Shown: positions 19,256 through 28,651 of the stretch, piece after piece | How positions within the stretch are numbered: position 1 is the first letter of the stretch | Layout of the letters: each line of letters opens with the position of its first letter | Source: a bacterium | Lineage (GTDB): Bacteria > Zhuqueibacterota > Zhuqueibacteria > Residuimicrobiales > Krinioviventaceae | Length of the DNA stretch: 64,000 nt | Direction: 5' to 3' | NCBI GenBank assembly: GCA_963693055.1 | Contig: OY843751.1 | Location: 192,001-256,000, forward strand | Made by a program: the position numbers and the translations under genes | Notes under the pieces: generated by a model | What the model was told of the DNA's origin: nothing | The model's input: only the letters and a program-made list of their open reading frames with translations | Databases searched by the model: none

Positions 19256-20319
19256 TGGGTTAACCACAAATTATTATATGAATCGAAATGAATATCATAT
19301 ACATCCGTAATATGATAGTTGTTTAATTTATGAACAATAGCAAATGTTTCCTGAATTTTAAAATTAGGAAGCATTTTGTGATAAAGGTGGGTTGAAGAAT
19401 CATAAATATAAAACATTTCTTTATGAAAAGTTAACGCACCACATGATTTAATCGGCATATCAGTTAATTTGTGTATTTCGAATGATTCTGTATTAATCTG
19501 AAATAGCACTGAATCATTACATGCCAGTAAAGAGTTACTGTATGGTTCAAATATAATATCCTCAAGATTAAAATCAAAAGGTATTGATTGTTTTAGATAA
19601 AATTGCCATTTATCAATTACCAGCAAGGTGTCAGGTTTTTTTAATGCGTATATGTTTTTGTTATCAACTGTTAATTGATAAATATCATCCAGATTTGCAG
19701 AACTCGGTTGAGCTGAATAAAAGGTAGTGTTATTATTATCAAGAGAGGTTTTGCAAAAATAATAACCAACGCTTGATGCTCCGAATGATTCGAATTTGTT
19801 GGATGCAAATGTACCTGAATTTCCTGATATATAAAATGCAGGAGATTTTGAATTTACCATAACAAAACGAGAAGAGCTTGTATGCTTGCCGGTTGGATCA
19901 AAATCATCATATACAACATTTGGATGAATATTGCCGAATATGATGTGAGGGACCCTCACATCCATAACTCTATCTTCATGTTCTATGCTTAGGCGTTCGC
20001 TTTCTAACCATATATTATTGGAATTTACAGAGAACTGATAGCTGCCGGGTATCAAGCCAGATACAGTAAAGAGACCGTTGCTGTCAGATTCGACGGTTTT
20101 GGAATTAAACTCTGCATCATAAAGCAATTCTACTGCTGTGACCTTGATTTGTGTCTTGGGTAAAACATCATTGGTGTTATACTCTATGGTTTGACCCGAC
20201 AAGGTATATTGGGGAACATTCGGTCCATTAACATCATTGTCTTGTTTGTTCCAACAGTTTGTCAGAAATAACAGGACAGTGATCAGGATGTATTTATAAT
20301 ATTTGACTATGATTTTCAA
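19252..20319 (-). CDS. Lipoprotein, carboxypeptidase-regulatory-like domain + beta-propeller (paralog 1)
   Basis: Lipobox LTNC-WNKQDND. Motifs LSGQTIE...SDSNGLFTVSGLIPGSYQF and C-terminal DIHFDSYNNLW. The exact start (TTG 20319) is uncertain. Confidence 0.78.
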   Translation of the reverse strand: MKIIVKYYKYILITVLLFLTNCWNKQDNDVNGPNVPQYTLSGQTIEYNTNDVLPKTQIKVTAVELLYDAEFNSKTVESDSNGLFTVSGLIPGSYQFSVNSNNIWLESERLSIEHEDRVMDVRVPHIIFGNIHPNVVYDDFDPTGKHTSSSRFVMVNSKSPAFYISGNSGTFASNKFESFGASSVGYYFCKTSLDNNNTTFYSAQPSSANLDDIYQLTVDNKNIYALKKPDTLLVIDKWQFYLKQSIPFDFNLEDIIFEPYSNSLLACNDSVLFQINTESFEIHKLTDMPIKSCGALTFHKEMFYIYDSSTHLYHKMLPNFKIQETFAIVHKLNNYHITDVYDIHFDSYNNLWLTQ

Positions 20320-20340
20320 GCTCCAAAAAATTTAAAAGAT

Positions 20341-22830
20341 TTAAAACAGATTCATATTAATACCGACTCTGTATCTGAACCGCATATCATATGCACCCGG
20401 ATCACCATAAATACCACCAGCCAGTCCATTCGAGTCGTACCACAGGGTATTTTCTCTATCCAATAAATTTAAAAATTCACCAAACGCAGAACAGGGTATA
20501 CCCAGCAAATTAAACTCTTTGTTCATTCGCAGATCAAGGGTTATATTTTCATCCATTCGGGAATTGTTGGGTTCTGTTGCAGCACCCTCGTTTTTGGTGT
20601 ATGGCAGGGGACTGTTCCAACGCCAGAGGATATTAATACCCCAATTGTTTGGTTTGCGAATATCGATGTTGGTGACCAGCGTGTGGCGTTGGTCCCAACT
20701 CAGATAGTATTCGTTTATTGGCACAAGCGTTTGCCGGGTGATCCAACTAAATTTTTGAGTGGTTTCTGAACCGGTACCTTTTGCTGTCATAAAGGTATAG
20801 CTGATTTTACCGGATAAAAATTGACTCACATCTCGTTTTAAAAAGACTTCACTACCCCAAACATTCACATTTTCAAGGTTCACGTATTGGGTGTAGCCGG
20901 AGCCGGATAATGAATTGTCTGATTCGTTCAAATAGGTGTTATTGTCTACGAGGTTACTGATTTCTTTGTTGAAAACGGTAAAGTCGAACAGTGTTTTGTT
21001 TCCAATCTGATTTTTATAACTAATCTCGTAAGAAATAGTTTTTGCGGGTTCAAGATCAGGATCGCCCAGGGGTGAGAAACCTTCAGACAAATTCAGGTTT
21101 GCGTTTGTATACAAATAGTCAAACAATGGCATTTGAAAGAACCATCCATAGTTTACATGCAATTCCTGCTTGGGGCCCATGGGAATGGCGAGTCCAACTC
21201 TGGGGCTAACCTGATGTTTAATATCAGCGTCAACTGTCTGGTCGTGATTTACAATCCACTCGTGTCGTTTGCCATATATTTTTTCTTCAATAGCAGGACG
21301 TGAAGCTTTGGGGTCCAAAAAGTCGTAACGAATACCAACATTAACAACCATGCCTTCATAATCGATCTTGTCCTGAATATAAGCTGCGCCACGTGTTGGA
21401 AAGTATCTGTAATCTGTGTCATATGAAATGTATTGAGGAAATTCAGGATCATAGGTCAAAATCTCGAGACGTTGAACGTTCTTTTTATACAGATCATAAT
21501 AGACGTATTCGATACCGGTTTTTAATTGGTGATGGTGTGTAACCTGGGATGTGAAATCAAATTTACCGGTTGTATGTACTTCCTGATGGTCAAGCCACCA
21601 GGGGTAATCGCCGGCAACAATCCAATGGCCTGTTTCGTCAAATTCAGGGTTATACAGTTCTATGGATGATGCGCCATAAATTGATTTTAATACGTTGTAC
21701 TGACTAATACGTAATTCCCAAAATGTTTTGGGACTAATTGTATGCACTGCTGTTGCACTAAAACGATAACTTTTTTTTGAACGGTCTGGCAAACCTTCGA
21801 GGTTCATTTTCCAGTTGTGGACATATTCATTCCAGTCCCAAAGAGACAAGAGTCCCTGAAATTTTAGTTTAAAAGAATTCGTAATGTAATAAGAAAGCTT
21901 GGCATTAAAGTTCATATTGTTACTGGATTCACTATTGTAAATGCTCAGTTTTTGACCAAATTCTTCACGTTTCCAACGGGTGTTGGGAGTTCTAAAGTCT
22001 GCTGCCACGTAGAATTTTAATTTTTGTGTAAAGAGCGGTCCACCCATAAACATTTCAGTGATATAATCTATATCCGGACTTTTGTCAATATAGGGATTAC
22101 TAAATGACGCGTAATTCAGTCCTGAAAACTCTAGAACAGAATTCATATCATCTCCACCATCCTGAGTTAAAATATTTACTACACCAGACATGGCATTACC
22201 ATATTCTGCATTAAAACCACCGGTTTGAACGGTCATGTCGATGATTGAATTCATGGGCAGTTCGTTACCAACTTTACCTTCAATAACATCCTGAATTGGG
22301 AACCCGTCAACAAGATAAAGTACTTCTTCCTGACGACCACCGCGGATGTGCCCTGCGGCAACACCGGGTTGAATGTCAACCACTTCGGTAAAGGATTGTA
22401 CCGGCAGGTGGGTTATTTCCTGTCGGTTGATAAAATGGGTTGTAGCTGTTACGTCTTTTTTGATCATGGAAGCATCCGCAGTAACTGTAACTTCCTGCCC
22501 CTCCAACACTTTGGGTTCCAACTCTATAGTCAATGAGGTTCGAAGGTCCATCAGGATGGTAACTTTTTCAATAATCAGTGTATTGTAACCCATCATTGTG
22601 GCCTTGACTGTAAATGTACCTGCCGGAATATTGTTAACCAGGAACTGTCCTTTTTCGTTTGAAGCAGAGCCAAAGTGACTGTTCACGATGATCACATTGG
22701 CGCCTGGTAACGGTTGCCCTGTACTTTTGTCAAGAACTTTACCTGCAAGTGTTCCTGAAATTCCTGCAAAGACATAATTTGCTGTAAATAAAAAACAATA
22801 GACCAAAATGGTTATTGACCCTTTTTTCAT
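20341..22830 (-). CDS. TonB-dependent outer-membrane receptor with N-terminal carboxypeptidase-regulatory-like domain
   Basis: Signal peptide. GTLAGKVLDKSTGQPLPGANV. Plug HIRGGRQEEVLYLVDG and GGFNAEYGNAMSGVVNI. Barrel YIQDKIDYEGMVVNVGIRYD. Ends in Phe. Confidence 0.93.
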   Translation of the reverse strand: MKKGSITILVYCFLFTANYVFAGISGTLAGKVLDKSTGQPLPGANVIIVNSHFGSASNEKGQFLVNNIPAGTFTVKATMMGYNTLIIEKVTILMDLRTSLTIELEPKVLEGQEVTVTADASMIKKDVTATTHFINRQEITHLPVQSFTEVVDIQPGVAAGHIRGGRQEEVLYLVDGFPIQDVIEGKVGNELPMNSIIDMTVQTGGFNAEYGNAMSGVVNILTQDGGDDMNSVLEFSGLNYASFSNPYIDKSPDIDYITEMFMGGPLFTQKLKFYVAADFRTPNTRWKREEFGQKLSIYNSESSNNMNFNAKLSYYITNSFKLKFQGLLSLWDWNEYVHNWKMNLEGLPDRSKKSYRFSATAVHTISPKTFWELRISQYNVLKSIYGASSIELYNPEFDETGHWIVAGDYPWWLDHQEVHTTGKFDFTSQVTHHHQLKTGIEYVYYDLYKKNVQRLEILTYDPEFPQYISYDTDYRYFPTRGAAYIQDKIDYEGMVVNVGIRYDFLDPKASRPAIEEKIYGKRHEWIVNHDQTVDADIKHQVSPRVGLAIPMGPKQELHVNYGWFFQMPLFDYLYTNANLNLSEGFSPLGDPDLEPAKTISYEISYKNQIGNKTLFDFTVFNKEISNLVDNNTYLNESDNSLSGSGYTQYVNLENVNVWGSEVFLKRDVSQFLSGKISYTFMTAKGTGSETTQKFSWITRQTLVPINEYYLSWDQRHTLVTNIDIRKPNNWGINILWRWNSPLPYTKNEGAATEPNNSRMDENITLDLRMNKEFNLLGIPCSAFGEFLNLLDRENTLWYDSNGLAGGIYGDPGAYDMRFRYRVGINMNLF

Positions 22831-22893
22831 GAGGTTTTCCTGAATTTTATGTTATGATATGGAAATAAAGTGAGTTAATGCGCCTGTTAATCT

Positions 22894-22922
22894 AGAATAA
22901 TTATAATTTTAATAAATGTCAA
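22894..22922 (-). promoter_or_regulatory. Putative sigma70 promoter for the TBDR-lipoprotein cassette
   Basis: Minus strand TTGACA (22922-22917), 17 nt spacer, TATTCT (22899-22894). Confidence 0.6.
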
Positions 22923-22947
22923 TTAAAATCTTAAAATATTGTTTGTT

Positions 22948-22976
22948 TTGATTGAAAATTTTTGTATTAATAAAAT
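22948..22976 (+). promoter_or_regulatory. Putative sigma70 promoter for the protease operon
   Basis: TTGATT (22948-22953), 17 nt spacer, TAAAAT (22971-22976), 23 nt before ATG 23000. Confidence 0.55.
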
Positions 22977-22999
22977 GGAAAGAATTTATTGAACTGATT

Positions 23000-25777
23000 A
23001 TGAAATATTTAATAAAAATTTTATTATTCTTTGCATTGCCAGTTTTTGCTATCGTTCCTCCTCAAGATCCGTTAGCAACTTTTCCGCTGGATATACAGCA
23101 AGTGCTGAGTGAGAATCCGGTTTTATTTTCAAGTCCCAAACATCCCTTGTCTGCTCACAAAACCTTAATATCTGACATTCAATCTAACCGGACACAAGAT
23201 GTTAGCAATCCCACCAACTTGTACATTCCCGTCTTGTGTGCGCAATATTCGGATGTTTATGAAAAAGAATGGGAACCCTGGCAATTACAACAAAAGTTTT
23301 TTGGCGAGTGGGAAACCGGATCTCTAAAAGATTATTATCTTGAAAATTCTTATGGGCAATTGAATATTGAGGGTCAGGTTTATGGATGGAGCCAGGTGTC
23401 TCATCCTGGCCCATATTATGACAGAGAAAATTCCAACATGGGTGAGCTGTTGACTGAATTGTTTACCATGATGGATGATTCTGTTGATTTTGGTATGTAT
23501 GATAATGACGGACCAGATAATTTACCCAATTCTGGCGACGATGATGGGTTTGTTGATATAGTTATTGTTGTGCATTCCGGAAAAGGAGCAGAGCAAACCG
23601 GGGGACCTGAAATATGGTCTCATTTTTTAAATTACAGCTTTTATACCGGAGAACCTTTTGAAACAAGGGATACCGGTGCTAATAGTAAGCCGATTTTTAT
23701 TGATGATTATTTGATCATTCCTGCGGTGCAGAGTGATGATATGGTAGAGATAGGTGTTGTGGCGCATGAATTGGGACATGCTTTTATGCTTCCGGATCTT
23801 TACGATCTGGATTACAGCTCAATGGGTGTAGGTATTTGGTGTTTAATGGGTAGTGGTTCATGGGGTGGTGACAGGCGGTCTCCTGAGCATCCGGTACACT
23901 TGAGCGCATGGTGCAAAGAACGTTTGGGTTGGCTTGAGCCGGTAGTACTGGTGGAAAATGTTTATGATCAGACTATACCTCCCATTGAAGAATATCCTGT
24001 CGCTTACAAGTTGATGAACAATGGCGAGTTGGAAAACTTTGTTTATGAAAATCATCTGGGCTATTATGAAAATGTGGATAAAGAATATTTTTTAATCGAA
24101 AACCGACAGCAAATAGGATTTGATAGCGGTTTACCGGAAAACGGATTGCTTGTTTGGCATATTGATCATACCGTTTCCGATTATTATGGAAATGCCAATG
24201 ATGAACATCGGCTGGTCGATCTTGAAGAGGCTGATGGTTTAGACCAGCTTGACAATAAAGATAGTGACGGTGATGGGGGAGATCCCTTTCCCGGAAACCG
24301 GGGAGTAAATTCTTTTACCCGCTATACATATCCCAATAGCTTATTGTATGATGGTAATACCAGCCGTACAGCGATCTATAATGTTTCTAAAGATGGAAAA
24401 GATGTTGTAGCGGATTTGCACACACTAACTCCTGATCTGACATTTGATCATTATGATTTATCCGAAAAGTCGGATTTGGATAATATATTACTTCCGGGCG
24501 ATGAAAATGTCGGTTTAATTGTATACCTTCAAAATAACGGTATGACAGTAGAATGGGTTGCCGCAACTCTTTCTACAAACGATCCCTATGCAACCGTGCA
24601 TGACGAAACAGGTCGTTATACCCGTATTTTAAAAGATGATGTTTTAGGTAACAAACTGAATTATTTTACTGTTTCGGTAGCCAAAGATTCTCCTGTGCAT
24701 CCAATTCAGTTTATCCTGGATTTTGAAACCAGTGACGGCTATACATCGCAGTTGAGTTTTACTGTCAATATGGAAAAGAGACGCATTTTCCTGGTTGATG
24801 ACAGTAGCGACGAGATAGATGTCGAAGGTAATCGGATACTCGATTATTATACGGAAGCGTTGGATCAGATGGGTGATGTTGAATATGATGTTTGGAGTGT
24901 ACTGGAGCTAATGAATCCTACTCGCATGGTGATGTGGGAATATGATATTGTCATCTGGTTTACCGGCACAAAGGGATTTACGCTGACATCTTATGAAATG
25001 GCTAATTTTAGAAACGTTATGTATTTGGGTGGAAAAGTATTCCTTTCCGGGGAGAATTATGGTACGCATCTTTTGTCAGAGCTTGATCCATTGGCAACCC
25101 AATTTTTCACTGACTGGATGCATGCATCTCTGGTGAGTGAATCGGTCCCTGATACGACAGGGTTGCGAATTGAAGGCATTCCCGGAAATTCTATTTCGGG
25201 GGATTTTCCATATCTAAATCTTGCTTCCAATAATCTGGAATCTCCCAGTATTGTTCGGCCGGATTCATTGGCAAAACCTTTGTTTTATTACAATAATCCA
25301 TCTTTTCCTGAGGGGTGCTCGGCAATTGCCTATGACGGACAGTACCGTTTGGTGTATCTTGCTTTTGGATTTGAAGCAGTTGGAGTTGGAAATAATGCAG
25401 CAGAACATAGAGCGCAATTGATGAAAAATATTGTTGATTGGCTAAAAAGTGGAGATGAACCAAAAACTGATACGCATGTGACAAACAATGAAACCATTAA
25501 AAGATTCAAGTTGTATAATAATTATCCAAATCCTTTTAATGGGGGAACACAAATTCGCTATCAAATAAGCAATACCAGTTTAATAAATTTATCAATTTAT
25601 GATGTGACAGGAAAAAAGGTCCGCACTCTTGTTCAAACCCGTCAACCCCCCGGGGAGTATTCAATTCAGTGGAATGGTCGAAATGATCAGAACAAAGTTT
25701 TGCCAACGGGAGTGTACTTGAGTGTTTTAAACATAAACGGGGAAAGGATAATAAAAAAGATGACATTGGTTAAATAA
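23000..25777 (+). CDS. M6 family (immune inhibitor A-like) metalloprotease with T9SS CTD
   Basis: Signal peptide from ATG 23000. GSLKDYYLENSYGQL, DNDGPD...DGFVD, IGVVAHELGHAFMLPDLYD (HEXXH 23765-23779), WCLMGSGSW and EYFLIENRQ. CTD NYPNPFN. Confidence 0.92.
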   Translation: MKYLIKILLFFALPVFAIVPPQDPLATFPLDIQQVLSENPVLFSSPKHPLSAHKTLISDIQSNRTQDVSNPTNLYIPVLCAQYSDVYEKEWEPWQLQQKFFGEWETGSLKDYYLENSYGQLNIEGQVYGWSQVSHPGPYYDRENSNMGELLTELFTMMDDSVDFGMYDNDGPDNLPNSGDDDGFVDIVIVVHSGKGAEQTGGPEIWSHFLNYSFYTGEPFETRDTGANSKPIFIDDYLIIPAVQSDDMVEIGVVAHELGHAFMLPDLYDLDYSSMGVGIWCLMGSGSWGGDRRSPEHPVHLSAWCKERLGWLEPVVLVENVYDQTIPPIEEYPVAYKLMNNGELENFVYENHLGYYENVDKEYFLIENRQQIGFDSGLPENGLLVWHIDHTVSDYYGNANDEHRLVDLEEADGLDQLDNKDSDGDGGDPFPGNRGVNSFTRYTYPNSLLYDGNTSRTAIYNVSKDGKDVVADLHTLTPDLTFDHYDLSEKSDLDNILLPGDENVGLIVYLQNNGMTVEWVAATLSTNDPYATVHDETGRYTRILKDDVLGNKLNYFTVSVAKDSPVHPIQFILDFETSDGYTSQLSFTVNMEKRRIFLVDDSSDEIDVEGNRILDYYTEALDQMGDVEYDVWSVLELMNPTRMVMWEYDIVIWFTGTKGFTLTSYEMANFRNVMYLGGKVFLSGENYGTHLLSELDPLATQFFTDWMHASLVSESVPDTTGLRIEGIPGNSISGDFPYLNLASNNLESPSIVRPDSLAKPLFYYNNPSFPEGCSAIAYDGQYRLVYLAFGFEAVGVGNNAAEHRAQLMKNIVDWLKSGDEPKTDTHVTNNETIKRFKLYNNYPNPFNGGTQIRYQISNTSLINLSIYDVTGKKVRTLVQTRQPPGEYSIQWNGRNDQNKVLPTGVYLSVLNINGERIIKKMTLVK

Positions 25778-25838
25778 ATTATTATATTATAAATTCCGTA
25801 GAATTGTCTGATTATGTCAATATAAAGGTAACGAACGA

Positions 25839-28646
25839 ATGAAAAAATTAACTGTACTTTTTTTAGCCATGTTTACAGTGGCTGCTTGGGCAATTGCTCC
25901 ACCTAAAAAAGGTGTTCAGATTCCTGCAGATATGTTGAGTAATATCAAGAGCAACCCATCATATTATATGCCATCCAAAGGCTTTGTTCCACAAGTTGAA
26001 AGATTTAAAAAACAAAAAGAACTGGCAAAAACGCAACGGACGGACGATTACACTGCTCCATTTTTGCATGCCAGTATTCCGGTTTTATGTGGTCAATATT
26101 CTGACGCAACGCTCGAATGGGATGCTGCTGACATGCAGAACCAGTTGTTTGGCGAGTGGGATACCGGTTCAATGCGAGACTATTATAACGAGATTTCTTA
26201 TGGTCAGTTTGATCTGACCGGACAGGTTTATGGTTGGTACCAGGTTAGCGGGACCTTTAGTTATTATGAAAGAGATAATAATCACACTGGCGAGTTTTTG
26301 CTCGAATTGTTCCAGGCGTCTGATGATTCCGTTGATTATGGCCAGTTTGACAATGATGGTCCGGATGGCATTCCCAATTCAGGTGATGATGATGGCTATG
26401 TAGATACCATTGCTATCATCCATTCCGGAGCTGGTGGAGAAGCCGGCGGCCCGGGAATCTGGTCACACTCCTGGTCTTATCAATACTATGGAAATGGTCC
26501 CTTTGTGACTAACGATGCTTCTGCAAATGGCGGCTCTATTCGCATTAATGATTATATCATTCAACCCGCGGTTTCGAGCGGTAATATGATAGAGATTGGT
26601 GTTTTTTGCCACGAGTTTGGTCACGCATTGGGATTGCCTGACTTGTATGACCGCGATGAAGAACCCGCGGAAACCTCTGAAGGTGTTGGTAACTGGTGTT
26701 TAATGGCTGGTGGATCATATGGTGGCGATGGGAGTTCTTCTTACTCTCCCGCACATATGTGTGCCTGGTGTAAAGAGGTGATGGGTTGGATTGAACCCAT
26801 CATGATTGAAGAAAATGAGTATAATAAATTGATCCCTGCGGTTGAAGATACCGATGTTGTATATAAACTCTGGACCAAAGGTGAGGTTGAGCCTTATGTC
26901 TATTCTTCTGCTCAGGGTGGCGGGGGAAATATTGGTAAAGAATACTTTTTAATTGAAAATCGCCAGCAAAAAGGTTTTGATGGTACATTAGAAGGTTCTG
27001 GTATTCTGGTTTGGCATGTAGATAATACTGTATTCGGCCAAAATGATGATGAATTTCACAAGCTGGTTGATCTTGAATCTGCTGATGGTTTATTTGATTT
27101 GGATTATGGCAGAAACCGGGGTGATGCCGGTGATATTTATCCCGGAACATCTAACAACCGTACATTTAACCGTACAAGTGATCCGAACAGTCTGGATTAT
27201 GATGAAGCCATTACCAAAGTAGCTGTTTCGAATATTAGCGATCCCGGTGATTCAATGTATGCTGACCTGGAAGTTAACGCCCGGGATATTGCTTACATTA
27301 CCTATACTTTGGATGATGCCACCGGTGACGGAAACGGATTTCTTGATCCGGGTGAAACCGGTTCTTTGACTTTTAAACTTGAAAACTATGGTGAAACTGC
27401 AAATAATGTAACCATTGTTTTGAGTACAGATGATCCTGATATTACTATATCTGATTCAACTGCAATATATCCGTTGATTCTGGAAGATGATGCCATTGAA
27501 AGCACAAATGACATGATGACAATATCTGCATCTGAGGATGCAAGAGTTCATCCTGTGAAATGTAGATTGAGTCTGACAGCTGACAATGGATATACAAATC
27601 AGTTCGACATTGTGATCATGATGGAGAATATTTATATATTGCTGGTTGATGATTCAAGAGGTGAAATGGATGAAAATTTAGTTCGTATTAATGAATATTA
27701 TAAAAATGCGCTTGATGCACTTGATATCAACTATTATGATACCTGGCAGGTATATACCTCCGGTGTGCCTGGCCAAGAGGTGCTGGCAGAGTATGGCACT
27801 GTTATCTGGCTTACCGGTAGTCAGGCAAATACGTTAAATGCCGAAGAGCAACAGGCACTGGCCTCTTTTATGGATATTGGTGGCGATGTTTTTCTGGTCA
27901 GTCAAAATGCCGGTTTTGATTTGGTGGAAGCCGGAACAGAAGACTCTAAAACTTTTTATGAAACATATTTGCATGCCAATTATGTTCAGGATGTTGCAAC
28001 TGATGCACCTCAAAAATTGATGCGAGGTGTGAGTGATGAATTTATTTCACAGGATTTTACACCCTACTTTTTTGCATCGGAAGGAGATGGTGCAAATAAT
28101 AATACTTCTCCGGATATCATTGCACCCATTGATCCGGCAAGTAATGTTTTTGAATATTTTGGTACCGGTCTAATGGGCAAGTCTGCCGGTATTAAATATG
28201 AAGGTGATTACAAGCTGGTTTATTTGTCATTCAGTTTTGAGGCGATAAACGAGTTTGGTACAGATAATGTTACCCGTAAAGAAGTCATGGGAAATGTTAT
28301 CGACTGGCTGCAGGGAGCTGTAAGTAACGTACCGGTCAGTGTTGCGGATAATGATGCAAAAATAGTTTCCAATTACAAATTAATGCAGAATTACCCCAAC
28401 CCGTTCAACCCGGAAACGACTATTACTTTTGAATTGGCTAAACCTGGCAAAGCGACTATCAAGATTTATAATATTCTGGGTCATGAGGTTGCTACATTAA
28501 CCGATACAGAATTGCAGGCAGGCCAACACCAAACAATATGGGATGGTCGTGACCAATATGGCAATAATGCAGCATCCGGTGTATACTTTTACAAGTTGCA
28601 ATCGGGTTCATTTAATGAATTGAGAAAAATGATACTAGTTCGATAA
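25839..28646 (+). CDS. M6 family (immune inhibitor A-like) metalloprotease with T9SS CTD (paralog)
   Basis: GSMRDYYNEISYGQF, IGVFCHEFGHALGLPDLYD, WCLMAGGSY and EYFLIENRQ. CTD QNYPNPFNP. Confidence 0.93.
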   Translation: MKKLTVLFLAMFTVAAWAIAPPKKGVQIPADMLSNIKSNPSYYMPSKGFVPQVERFKKQKELAKTQRTDDYTAPFLHASIPVLCGQYSDATLEWDAADMQNQLFGEWDTGSMRDYYNEISYGQFDLTGQVYGWYQVSGTFSYYERDNNHTGEFLLELFQASDDSVDYGQFDNDGPDGIPNSGDDDGYVDTIAIIHSGAGGEAGGPGIWSHSWSYQYYGNGPFVTNDASANGGSIRINDYIIQPAVSSGNMIEIGVFCHEFGHALGLPDLYDRDEEPAETSEGVGNWCLMAGGSYGGDGSSSYSPAHMCAWCKEVMGWIEPIMIEENEYNKLIPAVEDTDVVYKLWTKGEVEPYVYSSAQGGGGNIGKEYFLIENRQQKGFDGTLEGSGILVWHVDNTVFGQNDDEFHKLVDLESADGLFDLDYGRNRGDAGDIYPGTSNNRTFNRTSDPNSLDYDEAITKVAVSNISDPGDSMYADLEVNARDIAYITYTLDDATGDGNGFLDPGETGSLTFKLENYGETANNVTIVLSTDDPDITISDSTAIYPLILEDDAIESTNDMMTISASEDARVHPVKCRLSLTADNGYTNQFDIVIMMENIYILLVDDSRGEMDENLVRINEYYKNALDALDINYYDTWQVYTSGVPGQEVLAEYGTVIWLTGSQANTLNAEEQQALASFMDIGGDVFLVSQNAGFDLVEAGTEDSKTFYETYLHANYVQDVATDAPQKLMRGVSDEFISQDFTPYFFASEGDGANNNTSPDIIAPIDPASNVFEYFGTGLMGKSAGIKYEGDYKLVYLSFSFEAINEFGTDNVTRKEVMGNVIDWLQGAVSNVPVSVADNDAKIVSNYKLMQNYPNPFNPETTITFELAKPGKATIKIYNILGHEVATLTDTELQAGQHQTIWDGRDQYGNNAASGVYFYKLQSGSFNELRKMILVR

Positions 28647-28651
28647 GGCGT

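Noticed and set aside
17183-20319. Diversity-generating retroelement behind the paralog divergence
   Set aside because: No reverse transcriptase and no near-identical TR/VR pair with adenine-specific differences were seen.
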